From: Mobula hypostoma
Taxonomy: Eukaryota
Direction: 5' to 3'
Assembly (NCBI RefSeq): GCF_963921235.1
Contig: NC_086107.1
Location: 110,176,001 to 110,240,000 of the forward strand
DNA length: 64,000 nt
The notes under the pieces were generated by a model that was not told where the DNA came from, searched no databases, and saw nothing but the letters and a program-made list of their open reading frames with translations. Shown here in pieces: positions 1 to 11,858 of the stretch. Positions within the stretch are counted from its first letter, which is position 1; every line of letters starts with the position of its first letter. The translations under genes and the position numbers were made by a program.

Positions 1-1204
1 CTGAGAACATATGTAGAATACTTTCAAAATACTTGAAAATGAACTACAAGACCATAAGATACAGAAGCAGAATTAGGCCATTTGGCCCACTGATTCTGCT
101 CTCTCATTTCATCATGGCTGATCCATTTTCCCTCTCAGTCCCCATCTCCTGCTGTCTTCCTGTATTCCTTCATGTCCTGACCAATCAAGAATCTATTAAC
201 CTCTGCCTTAAATGTACAGAAAGACTTGGCCTGCACAGCTGCCTGTGGCAATGAATTCCACAGATTCATGACTCTCTGGCTAGTTGAAGATTGTTCAAAT
301 TCAACTGTGATTCGACCTTACACATGTATACAGCTAAATGAAACATCACACCTCTAGGACCAAGTTGCAAAACACAGTATATATAGTCACACACAGCAGA
401 TATCCACTACACACAGTCACAAAATAATATTAAGACTAGTCCCTAAGTGGGACAGCCCGAAGATTGACAGTTTGACATAAAGTGTAGGGTGCATGTAGGG
501 CAGTATGTTACTGGCACAATAATAAAACCGGCAGTTGTATAAAATGTGAAACAGCAGCAATACCAGCGTGTGTTGTCGTACCTCTCTTCCTCTTTAACAA
601 CCCTCTACTTGTCCAGTCCAGATGAAAGGTCTCAATCCAAAACGTTGACACTCAAATGCTGCCTGACCCCCACGCAGAGCAGCACAATACAGTCACAAAA
701 TAATATTAGCACAAATCCCTGAGTAACAAGGCTGAAGACTGATGGTGCATGGGGAGTTATCCTGGAGCCATGTTTCCGTAAGAACAAGCACACAGCAGTT
801 CCCCATCTCGCACTGGGTCAACTGCATTTGTTATCCATAGTTGTAGTAAAGAGTGTAACTGAAATCTCTTTCTTCCAACCCCTCCAGTGCTAAAACTAAC
901 TAATTAATGCAAAATACCAAATACTAAACTTTGGAAATTCACACTGGATGATATGGTTCAGTACTGAGGCAGAGGTAACCTCCAAATGGATACTGAAGAT
1001 CAGTATGCCACACAAGTTACAACCTACTCAACAAAGATCTCATTTCAAGCATTTTTCAGTTCTCAAATCACCATAAATTTACCTTCCTCAAACTGAGCTC
1101 TCAGCTTTTATGTAATCTAGGATTTTTTTTTAAAATTCCCACAGGTGAGAATATCAAGATTGAAAGCTCTACTAACCAACTTCATTGTCATTTTGGTAAT
1201 AAGA

Positions 1205-1710
1205 TCATAAGGCCATAAGATATAGGAGCAAAATTAGGTCATTCGGTCATTTGAGTCTAATTGACCATTCCATCATGGCTAATTTATTATCCCTCTCAAT
1301 CCCATTCTCCTGCCGCTCCCTCTAACATTTGACACCCTTACTAACTAAGAATATATCAATTTCCGATTTAAATACTGGCCTCCACAGATTCACCTTCCGC
1401 AGGCTAAAGTAGTTCCTCCTCATATCTCTCTAAAGCGGCATCTTTCTATTCTGAGGCTGTACCCTCTGATTCTAGACGCTCCTACTATTGAAAACATCCT
1501 CTCCGCATCCGCTTTATCTAGCCCTTTCAATATTCGATAAGTTTTAATGAGACACCCCCCCCCCAACTGTTCTTCTGAACTCCAGCAAGCACAGGCCCAA
1601 AGCCATTAAACCTATTATTAACCCTTTCATTTCCAGGATCATTCTCGGGAACCTCCTCCGGACCCTCTCCGACACCAGCACATCCTTTCTATGGATAAGG
1701 GACCCAAAAT
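1205..1710 (-). mobile_element. CR1 LINE 3' fragment (similar fragments at about 50-280 minus and 2555-2875 plus)
   Basis: CCATAAGA-tailed 3' end and degenerate CR1 C-terminal coding sequence. Confidence 0.7.
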
Positions 1711-3088
1711 AATATTCTAGGACAGCCAGGACAAGCAACAGAAGTTTGAAGAGGCTTGGAGGCCATTTATTCAACACTTTCATACGATGTAACTTGACTT
1801 TTTCCGAATCCTTTTTATTAACCTTAAATATATGGACAGAGGAGCGGAATTAATGACATTAATGATTGTATCCAATGTAATATAATAGCCCAGCTTTGTT
1901 TAGTTCAGTTTAGTTTTTGTTTTTTTTTTCTAATTTGGGGTTTCTTTTCTTACATTTTTTCATTTTTCTTTTTATCATGTTTAATTACATTAAGAGTTTG
2001 GGAGGCTTAGTATACTTGTGTTATCTGTAGTTTATATTCACATATGCTAATTACCAATAATGTAATCCCAATCTCTTATGATTATGAATTTGAAAATTAA
2101 TAAAAACATTGAAAAAGAAAGGACAAGCAACAGCTTTTCTTTCAATCAGAATGCATGCACTGTTATTCATATGGGAGGTGGAGTTAGTGTTCTCTTCTCT
2201 CACCACAATGAAATGTCCAAAAATGCCTACAATCTACTTTAAATTCCATGGTGGGGCGATCACATCAGCAGTGTATGACAGATTTACCACTTTAAAAAAA
2301 TCACAGGGACAGCAGCTTATGCTGATCCTGAGTAAGAGGAGCAGAGAGACCCAGTGAAGACACAGATTTTTTTTAAAGAGCCGTCCCAGGCCACAAATGG
2401 CTCTTGTACCCCTTGGTCCTGGGCTCTCTGCTCCATTCCCCTAATGAGGCTTCAGTGAATGCCTCTGCCACAGGTCTCCTGCTGTCAAACTACACAGGCT
2501 ACTTAGTGCGAGCAGTCGGGCCAGTGGTTTCACTAATAGGCCAAGACAGAATGGACGCAGTGAGGATGTTTCCAAGAGAGGGCCAGAGGGCACAGCCTCA
2601 GAATTGAAGGACGCCCCTTTAGAACAGAGATGAGAAGGAATTTCTTTAGCCAGAAGGAGGTGAATGAATCTGTGAGATTCACTGCCACAGACGGCTTTGG
2701 AGGCAGTCACTGGGTATATTTAAAGTGGAGGTTGATAGGTTCTTGATTAGCAAAGGTTACGGAGAGAATGCAGGAGAATGAGATTGAGAGGGAAAATAAT
2801 TCAGCCATGATGGAATGGGTGAGAAACTCATTGGGCTGAATGGCCTAATATTGCTCCTCTGTCTTATGGCCTTATTGATCAGGCTCAGGCAGGCTTCCCT
2901 AAACATTCAAGGAAGGCCTGGGTTTCTGTTCTCAGATGGGCAAGCTGTCATAGCCACACTCTTTGGAGAACAAACTGCTGCACTCGCAGTCAAACTCAGC
3001 CACCTCACAAAGGGCTCAGTTCTGCTCAACTCTCTTCCTCAGCTTGACGGCACTTAACAGTAAAAAAAAAAATTCAATAAGGATTTAC

Positions 3089-3131
3089 CAGTATGAAGGT
3101 CGTAGTCAACATTGTAGGCATACGGATCGTA
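3089..3131 (-). CDS. EIF3L: EIF3L coding exon 2 (YDPYAYNVDYDLHT+G); the gene continues beyond the left edge
   Basis: Minus strand: polypyrimidine tract ttttcacttttgttcgcag acceptor, 43-nt exon, G|gtaaat donor. Peptide matches the vertebrate eIF3L N-terminus (human YDPYAYPSDYDMHTG) and the phase joins exon 1. Confidence 0.9.
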
Positions 3132-3559
3132 CTGCGAACAAAAGTGAAAACAATATAAGTGCTGTGAACTCAGAAACACGTTGAGCTTGCAGGGTACAAT
3201 ACAAATTCGTCCATGAACCATTCAGATTTCAGTCATTCACACAACAAAAAAATTGTACAAACAACTCATCCTACAAACAATTCCATACCTACAAAATATT
3301 AAGTGACAAATTACAGTATGCTCAGCACCAAAATATGATTAAGACAGAATTGTGCAGAGAAGCATTCTTGGGAATAAATATCATTATGCAGTGACTGGTA
3401 GTAACAGACTAGTTTGGCTAATGTTGCTTAACATTCATTAAACTGAACAATTGTCAGGCTTTGGATTATAAGTAATATTTGTGTTATGTACATGTTTATC
3501 AATGATGCTTCATGACGTTCAGTGATATCACTGTCACTGAATAACCACTACCACTCATA

Positions 3560-4060
3560 TAAAATCCAAAGGCGCTGACACGAATCACAAATGGAAAATT
3601 CCACAAGCTTCTGGGAAGGTTCCCAGGCGATGCACAGGTCTCAGTACACGACAGACAGGTCTGAGAAATAACCTCACATATGTAATGAACGGGAGTGAAT
3701 GAGAAATAGAAAAACACTGCATAAAGTAAAAACTGCAGATCTCGATTGTGTACTGAAAGAACGGAATTCGTCAGTGTTGGAGTGAACCTATGCCACTTAA
3801 CGGTAAGCTGATCATGAAACAAGAGAAGATACATATTATGACAAACTGAAAATTGAAGGTAATTGTGAAAATTCAACAGGCTAGTTTCAGAAATTTAAAA
3901 GACAGGGCATTAAATTTTGAAAGATTTGTGGTGATAAAGTGTCTGCAGCACGAAGCAGCAGATAAATTTCCCTCGGGATCAATAAAGTATGTCTATGACT
4001 AATACATTGATGAGTTTGCCAACATCATCGCTGATGTAAATTTAACACGCTGAACGGCTG
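3560..4060 (+). mobile_element. Degenerate pogo/Tigger-like transposase remnant
   Basis: Decayed ICGDKVSA..HEAA.KF / IDEFANIIAD-like segments near 3880-4050. Confidence 0.4.
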
Positions 4061-4208
4061 CATCAGTACATATGTGTGATGAACACTGCTTACTAGTAGA
4101 ACATAAATTCAGAGTCAGAGATGATGGTGAAACCAAGCTATCTCTGTCATGATTCCTGCAGGCCTGTGCACCTGTAGGTTAATTGTTTTCTTATTTATTG
4201 TTAAGCCC

Positions 4209-4367
4209 AAATCTCTTACTAGCTCTTCTTTCAGTTAGTCCTGATGAAGGGTCTCGGCCTGAAACGTCGACTGTACCTCTTCCTAGAGATGCTGCCTGGC
4301 CTGCTGCGTTCACCAGCAACTTTAATGTGTGTTGCTTGAAATTCCAGCATCTGCAGATTTCCTCGTG
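4209..4367 (+). mobile_element. Short Penelope-like pseudo-LTR insertion with 14-bp TSD
   Basis: Flanked by TTATTGTTAAGCCC at 4195-4208 and 4368-4381; the same sequence family follows a GIY-YIG remnant at 58655-59225. Confidence 0.75.
4236..4273 (+). ncRNA. Minimal type I hammerhead ribozyme motif
   Basis: TAGTC-CTGATGA-A-GGGTC-TC-GGCCT-GAAA-CGTC-GACTG: intact core boxes, stem I (TAGTC/GACTG), stem II, palindromic ACGT stem III, GUC triplet. Confidence 0.7.
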
Positions 4368-6178
4368 TTATTGTTAAGCCCTTGTGCTTTCTGTTTAATC
4401 TTGTCAAGTTTACTTTGACTGGCACAGTTTTCTGCGTACTATGCTTATTTAAAGTGGTCTCCTGATTAGTGCTCTTCTTGCTGTTGCCATCAGAAAGAAG
4501 CCTCAGGACCCACACCACCAGGGTTAGGAGCAGTTATTGCCCCTCAACCATCAGGCTCTTGCACCAGAGGGGATAACTTCACTCACCCCATCACTGAACT
4601 GTTCCTACAACCCATGGACTCACATTCAAGGGCTCTTCATCTCATGTTCGCAATAATTATTGCTTATTTTTATTTCTTTGTATTTGCACACTGTTGTCTT
4701 TTGCATATTGGTTGTTTGTCCATTCTGTTGGGTGCAGTCTTTTATTGATTCTACTGTGTTTCTTGGATTTTTACTGTGAATGGCCACAAGAAAATTAATC
4801 TCAGGGTTGTACATGGTGACATACACGTACTTTAATAATGTATTTCCTTTGCAGCTGTGTACAGTTTGTTTCAGAATTCCAAGTGCAGTGCTGTACTGAG
4901 CATGAACACAGGGAGTATAGATCATGGTTTAGTGGTTATGTTACTGGAGTACTAATCTAGTTTAAACTATTATCTGGTAACATAATTCCAGTTCCACAAC
5001 ACCTACTGGCAAATACAAGCTTGGTTAATAAAGCAAACCTAGACTTGTGGTTAAAGAGCACAGAGCGGCTTTGTTTAAAAGGGGAGTAAATTTGTCACCT
5101 TCTTTGGTCTGTAGAAGACGCCAGACGTAGTAATGTGACTGCCAATTATGATACAATCCAACAAATTACCCAAAACCATAAGACATAGGAGCAGAATTAG
5201 GCTGTTTGGCCCATCGAGTCTGGGGATGGGCAACAATTGCTGGACTTGCCAGAAATTTCTGGGGCACCACAGTTCGGGGGATTGGAGTTTGGAGTTCAAT
5301 CCTGGTGCCCTCTGCAAGGAGTCTGTGTGTGTGTGTATCTATCTCAAATGATGCATCTTGCAACATGGTGTGCTCATATCATCTTGGAGCTTAATGTTAT
5401 CAACTGAGTGGAAATACGGATTGACTTCCGACAACCCCCTACCTGCCCCCGCCCCTGGAAATTAAGGCTGTGTATGTGGTTGAGTTATTCAAATTCCTGG
5501 GGACTACCATTACCAATACATTGAAATCGCAGCTGAGGTTTTCTTCCTACACCAGTCCAGGACATAGCCTGATGAATTTAATCCTGCCCGATGAGTGTTG
5601 TGACCATCTTTATCACCGTTTGGTTTCCACCCTCCTCCCTCTCCTAGTCTAGGTTGCAGCGTGTGGCCCACTCAGCAGAGAGGATTATTGACTGTCAGCG
5701 ACCGACAGTAAAAGACCTGTTCATCATCACAGCGAAGAAAAGAGCCGGAGAAATTACTATTGCCATCAAGGAGTCACTACCAGTCTACCATCACCATGAT
5801 TACATGTCATCTTTGAAGCTTCTTTCCTGTCACTATCTTGCTTCTCGACAAAACTCACTCAGATGTAATACCCTAACTGTCCCTGCTCAACATCCGTTAA
5901 GTGGTCTTTCCTGATCTCCTTGTTCTGTAGATAATTATTGGGTCCAATCAAACGTTCACACTTAAGTTTGATTGTTGACATTTGCATGTGACCATTCTGC
6001 TAATTGTTGATTAACAAATTTCACGACATATGCCAGTGATATTAAACCTGATTCTGATTGTTCATGGCTGTTTACACTAATGCCCCGTAAATTGTTGGTT
6101 ACTATTGTGTTATCTGGCATAATAGGTGATAGCTGTTTAATTGGGCCAAAATGTACTGCTCCTAATGTGTCTCAATTA

Positions 6179-6950
6179 CACTGGACATCAAAGATTTTGC
6201 TTCCTGAATACTCCTGGGTGTACCTCATGGATTTTGGGCCTCAGATCATGAAAATCATCATGAAATTACCCTTCCACGCACCATTTTATTTGAAATTGCC
6301 TATATTTGTTATTTTAATTCATAATTCAAGTCAGAATAATTGATGCCAAGATTAAGGAAGGCCACAAATCGAATAGGTCATCAATGATAGGCAATTGGAA
6401 GAACTTCCAGTGCATCTGGAGAAAATCACATAGGAGGCATTCAAGGATGTTGAAAATTTTCTTGGCAACTATGGAGCACCAAACTATGTGCAGCTGGTTG
6501 ACAACGTGCTTCAAGCATACAAATCCATGAAGTAAAACATTTCACTGAAGATTCATTTACTGCATTCCCATTTAGACTTCTTCCCTGAAAATCTTGGCGC
6601 TGTCAGTGACCAGCACGGTGAAAAGTTTCACCAGGACTTTCTGGTCATGGAGAAGCTGTACTAGGGAAACTAGAATCCATCAATGCTGGCTGATTATTGT
6701 CCGGAAGAAGCCTCAGATACTGAGTACAAACAAAATTATCTACAAGACATTTTTAGCTTGGTTGAGTTATTGCAAAGTGTCAGCACCCATTATGCAATTA
6801 AACACATTATATTCAATAAAAGTTAATTTCTTGTTTCTCCAAATTCCTACATGTTACAAGTATTATATTTGTGTTCAGATACGAGCAGTCTATCATAAAC
6901 AAAAAAAAATTCTGAGGAAGCAAAACTTTCGAAAAAAATGTTGTCCAGTA
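6179..6950 (+). mobile_element. Internally deleted Chapaev3-like (CMC) DNA transposon
   Basis: Termini CACTGGACA / TGTCCAGTA with subterminal TTTTGCTTCCT match, TTA TSD on both sides, and decayed transposase C-terminus (ENFLGNY..PNY, SLKIHLLHSHLDFFPENLGAVSDQHGEKFHQD, SMLADYC). Confidence 0.75.
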
Positions 6951-7289
6951 TTATCTAGAATCCGCTATTTTGAATTGCAATGCAACATTTATTAAGCGCA
7001 TATGTTCACTGTCTCAGAAGAGCGAACAATAGCTGAGTTGGACTATAAACTGGGTGAGGAAAGAAGACGCACAGTGGATGTCATTATCCCAATGGTAAAG
7101 GATTGGTACTAATGTATTTAAAATATTTGGTTGGAGGTTTTAATATTGTACCTTTCATCATTTCAGCTTCACCTGTTGAAGAACCTACACGTCTCAGGGC
7201 TTCCCTATATATCTTCTTACAAGGAAGGATATAAATAAAGTAACGTGTCAAACATAAAAGGAAAGAATTTGGTTTTGTAGATTAACCCC

Positions 7290-7600
7290 CCCCCCACCCC
7301 GCCGCCTAGGCCGCAGACCTCGTGCTCTCTCTGGAGAAACACTAAATCAGAACCGGAACTTCAGAAACAAGCCGGCATTCTCTACATACTCACATCTGCC
7401 GTGTACTCATCCACAAACCCCGACATCTATGCGCTTGTAGGTTTCCTCCGCTATTTCTTTACAGCTGAACTTTCAGTAGAAACACACGATGAATAACCGG
7501 CGAGTTGGTACTTCACGAACTGCGTCCCCCCGCGCCACTCCGACACCAACAACAGTTCCGCCGCTAAAAGGGACAACCGAAGTCCTCAATAGAGCCGACA
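7290..7600 (-). promoter_or_regulatory. CpG-rich EIF3L promoter / first-exon region
   Basis: Local CpG enrichment around the EIF3L ATG; CCGGAA (ETS-like) motif near 7353. Confidence 0.55.
7394..7426 (-). CDS. EIF3L: EIF3L coding exon 1 (MSGFVDEYTAD)
   Basis: ATG at 7426, 11 codons, then a strong GAT|gtgagt donor. Lies in a CpG-rich patch and resembles the human N-terminus MSYPADDYESE. Confidence 0.8.
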
Positions 7601-8339
7601 GTCTTACTGAATAGAATTTCAGAAAAAAATATAATCTTTACTACAATTCTACTTCTATTATACCATCAATTGTAAAAAGCTCCAATGACAATATTGCACT
7701 GAACTCTAAGGTTCACCTCTGTTTCTTGTTTAATGTTGATCCTTCAACCAAAATCAATACACAAAGGGCCAGGCAGCATCTCTAGGAAGAGGTACAGTCG
7801 ACGTTTCGGGCCGAGACCAGGACAAAGGGTCTCGGCCCGAAACATCGACTGCACCTCTTCCTAGAGATGCTGCCTGGCCTGCTGCGTTCGCCAGCAACTT
7901 TGATGTGTGTTGCTTGAATTTCCAGCATCTGCAGAATTCCTCCTCTTTGCGTCGATACACAAAGGTCCAAATTATCCCTCAGTATTGCATTGTACATAAT
8001 TTATAAATTATGATGCTGAATGTATAAAATATAAATAATTATATATGTATAAATGTATTTACAAAGTATATACATAGATTTATTATATATTAGAAATAGA
8101 ATCAGGTTTAATATCACTGGTATACATTGTGAAATTTGTTGTTTTGTGGCAGCAGTATAGTGCAATACCTTACAAAAAATATAAATTACAGTAAGTACAT
8201 AAAAAGAACCTACTCCTGAAATATTGAGTGTGTGTCTTTGGACTCCTGTAATTCCTCCAATGGCAACGAGAATAGTCATAGTCATAGTCATACTTTATTG
8301 ATCCTGAGGGAAATTGGTTTTCGTTACAGTTGCACCATA

Positions 8340-8860
8340 AGGACAAGAGGACATGTACTGGGTAAAGTGGAGGGTGTTCTCAATGATGGACGCAGCCTTT
8401 TTGAGACATCACCTTTTAAAGATAGCCTTGGTGCTGGAGAGGCTAGTGCCCATGATGGAGCTGGCTGAGTTCACAACTTTCTGCGACTTTTTCCGATCCT
8501 GCGTGGTGGCCCCTCCATACCAGATGGTGATGCAACCAGTTAGAATGCTCTCCGTGGTAAATCTGTAGAAATTTGTGAGAGTCTTTGGTGACATACCAGA
8601 TCTCCTCAAACCCCTAATGAAATACAGACACTGCCGTGCCTTTTTTAGTATGTTGGGCCCTTCAGAGGTGTCGACACCCAGGAACTTGAAACTGCTCACC
8701 CTTTTCACTACCGATTCCTCGATGACGACTCGTGAGTGTTCCCTCATCTTCCCCTTTCTGAAGTCCACAGTCAGTTCCTCGGTCTTACGGGTGTTTAGTG
8801 CAAGGCTGTTTTCTGCAACTCCACTCAATCAGCTGATCTATCTCACTCCTGAACGCCTCC
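8340..8860 (-). mobile_element. Rex1/Babar-like LINE fragment (others at about 5400-5760, 18480-18870 and 27040-27470)
   Basis: ORF 8409-8828 reads LNTRKTEELTVDFRK...KKARQCLYFIRGLRR...FYRFTTESILTGCITIWYG, a typical post-RT region of this clade. Confidence 0.75.
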
Positions 8861-9095
8861 TCAACACCAGCAAAACAGTGTAAATCACAGTCAAACCCAG
8901 AACAGAAGTCATCATTTAAAATTGATTTTCAAAAAGTAAACCAGCTTTAAACATACACTAACACCTACAATAATCAAAAAGCCAAATAAAAACCAATACT
9001 GTAGAAGGCATTAAGGTGAAATAAAAAGAGAAAAAGCCAGCATCCAGGAAGAGAGAAATATAGTTAACTTTTCAAATCATTGACTTATCATAATA

Positions 9096-10098
9096 CAGTG
9101 GATTCTGGTTAATTGGGACACATCGGGAGCAATACATTTTGGCCCAATACAGCAGCTGCCCTAATTAGCTTAAGTTTCATGGAAATAGTTAAAAAGATAT
9201 AAAAAAGACAAACTGTTGTAAACTGAGTAACAAATTCTGTATTTAAATGAAATACAGAACACCATCAATACAACGACAGTACTATAAAACTGTGTATTAG
9301 TTCCTGATCGTTATGACAGAGGTATTCATAGTGCACTGGCATGTTCTTTTAATTGACTGCAAATGAACAAAGCCAGTGCAGACACCTACTGCAGATAACT
9401 GACTGCCTTTATGCAAAGCTATTGACGACTGCATCCTCCAAATCTTCATTTTCAATGTAACATTCAAGATGATTGTTAATAACTTCAGATTCTTTGTAGT
9501 TCCTAACTTGTTGAAGTAGTGAAATCAGTTCATTTTCACTCCCGGCTGTTTCTTGCATCTCCAAGCCCGAATGCTGTGAAACCGTAGTAAACAAAAGAGT
9601 TCTAAATTGCCTTACTTCCTATTTCTTGCCAACTATCAGTGACAAAAATTACTGCTTTTTGAACACAAGTTTGCATAACTGATGCTATTTAAAAACTAAA
9701 ATGAGAAAATCTGCAGATGCTGGAAATCCAAGCAACACACAAAAAATGCTTGCCAGGCAGCATCTATAGAAAAGATAATAGTTGACATTTCTGGTCTGAG
9801 ACCCTTCATCTGTCCTTTATAGATTCTGCCTGGCCTGCTGAGTTCCTCTAGCATTTTGTGTGTGCTAGTATTTAAAAACTCTAAGCAAGTTGTAGCATCT
9901 AACAACCACACAAGTGCACGCAACTAACACTAGTTAGGACTTGTTCAGCAAGTCTCCAGCCCCAATTAAACAGCATAGTATCCCAAATAAATGAAGGGAA
10001 ATCTGGCTCTTTTCTTGATTAGTTTTTGTTCTTTCAGAGTTGTCCCAGATAAGCGGCTGTCCTGATTAACTGATGGCGCAATTAGCCGGAATCCACAG
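9096..10098 (+). mobile_element. pogo/Tigger-type non-autonomous element with nested Penelope-like insert (9698-9868)
   Basis: TIRs CAGTGGATTCTGGTTAATTG / CAATTAGCCGGAATCCACAG with TA TSD; the nested insert is flanked by TATTTAAAAACT. Confidence 0.75.
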
Positions 10099-10559
10099 TA
10101 GCTGGAAATCAAGGGAAGTTTTAAGTTAGAGACATGGGTAGGGCAGAGAGCAGAGGGGCTGTTTGTTATTGAGCTGAGACCAAATAAACTTATTGACCTT
10201 GGAATGAGTCATGCTGAGAGTACTCAGTTCAGTTGCTTGGAAACACATAAATTATGTAACATAATGCAAATGAAAAAAAGGATCTTTGAGCTGTAGAACA
10301 TAGCAACTGCTGTAAATGCAAATAAAGAGAATGTTAGGTATACCCAGCAAGTCAAGCAGCATCTGTGGAGATAGAAACTGAAAAGCTGGTTATCTGAAAT
10401 TGTTGAGGCTGTAATGTGCCTAATTTAATGGACTACCAATCTAACTGACTGTAACGGGAACCAGAAAAATATTTTCCTCGTACAAAATCTGAATCAACAG
10501 CAAATTATATCTGTCATCAGGCACTGTGTCTGAACTTCTAATCCGTCACAGGACCAGGT

Positions 10560-11050
10560 TCGTTCCCGCCCACCGAACAGCAACCCACGCCGCAATTGGA
10601 TAGAAATGACAAAGCCGACCCGAGGGTCGATTGTGATTGGCCAGTCATTAGGTCAGTCATCTTGACGGCGCTCTCTGCTCCGGGAGAAGCGGCGGCGGCC
10701 GACGCGATCATGTCGGAGCAGCCGAGCTCGGAGGCCGAGTGCGCGGTGTCGGAGCAGAGGCTGCAGATGGCGGCCGCCGCCCTGCTGCAGCACAGCGCCC
10801 AGGCGCAGGCCCGCCTGCACTTGATGTGGCAGCGGCAGGAGGATCACCATCAGCAGCAGGAGCAACTGGGCGGCAAGATGGGCGTCAGCCGCCTCAGGCG
10901 GCAGTTCAAGGCGCACCGCCGGAGCAGCCCCCTCGGCAAGGAGGCTCACGGTCAGTGCGGGCGCCGACTGCAGCGCGCGCTCTCGTGAGGGAGGGAGGCC
11001 GGGGCGCGGGGGCGAGGAATGGAGCGGGGACGCGCGGTGCCTCCGCTTGT
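10560..11050 (+). promoter_or_regulatory. CpG island and ANKRD54 promoter with reverse CCAAT boxes
   Basis: Very GC/CpG-rich block spanning exon 1; ATTGG motifs near 10595 and 10636, upstream of the ATG at 10710. Confidence 0.7.
10710..10950 (+). CDS. ANKRD54: ANKRD54 exon 1 (MSEQPSSEAE...RRSSPLGKEAH)
   Basis: ATG with A at -3 inside the CpG island; donor CACG|gtcagt, phase 1. Confidence 0.88.
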
Positions 11051-11085
11051 TGAGTTGTCACTGTGCCCCCCCCCCGCTCACCAGA

Positions 11086-11858
11086 ACTCACACTCACACA
11101 CACTCTTACACTCACATACACTCACACTTACCCATACACAAAATCACACACACACCCATACCCATACACTCACTCACACACCCATACACACACTCCCATA
11201 CTCACACACCCATACACTCACTCCCATACACACATACTCCCATACCCTCACTCACACACCCATACACACATACACATACACTCACTCTTACACACACACT
11301 CACATACACTCTCACACACCCATACACACACTCCCATACTCACACACCCATACACTCTCACACACACCCATACACTCACTCCCATACATACACACTCCCA
11401 TACATACACACTCCCATACACACACACTCCCATACACACACACACCCATACCCTCACTCATACAGCCATACACACATACACATACACTCACTCTTACACA
11501 CACACTCACATACACACTCACATACACATACACTCACTCTTACACACACACTCACATACACTCTCACACACCCATACTCACACACCCATACACACACTCC
11601 CATACTCACACACCCATACACTCTCACACACACCCATACACTCACTCCCATACTCACACACCCATACACTCACACACACACACCCATACACTCACACACA
11701 CACACCCATACACTCACTCTTACACACACACTCACATACACTCACACACACCCATACACTCACACTCACACACACGCATACACTCACTACACTTACACAC
11801 ATACACTTACACATACACACACACACTCTCACACACATACACACACACACACACACAC
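11086..11858. repeat. Compound CA-rich simple repeat (CACACCCATACACACT-like units ending in pure CA)
   Basis: About 770 bp almost devoid of G on the plus strand; source of the His/Thr-rich pseudo-ORFs. Confidence 0.95.

Noticed and set aside
1..3088. EIF3L exon 3
   Set aside because: The expected DPKQDLAYERQ-like sequence was not seen; it presumably lies left of the window.
10596..10709. N-terminal extension of ANKRD54 from a TTG start
   Set aside because: Non-ATG start within the promoter/CCAAT region; the ATG at 10710 has adequate context.
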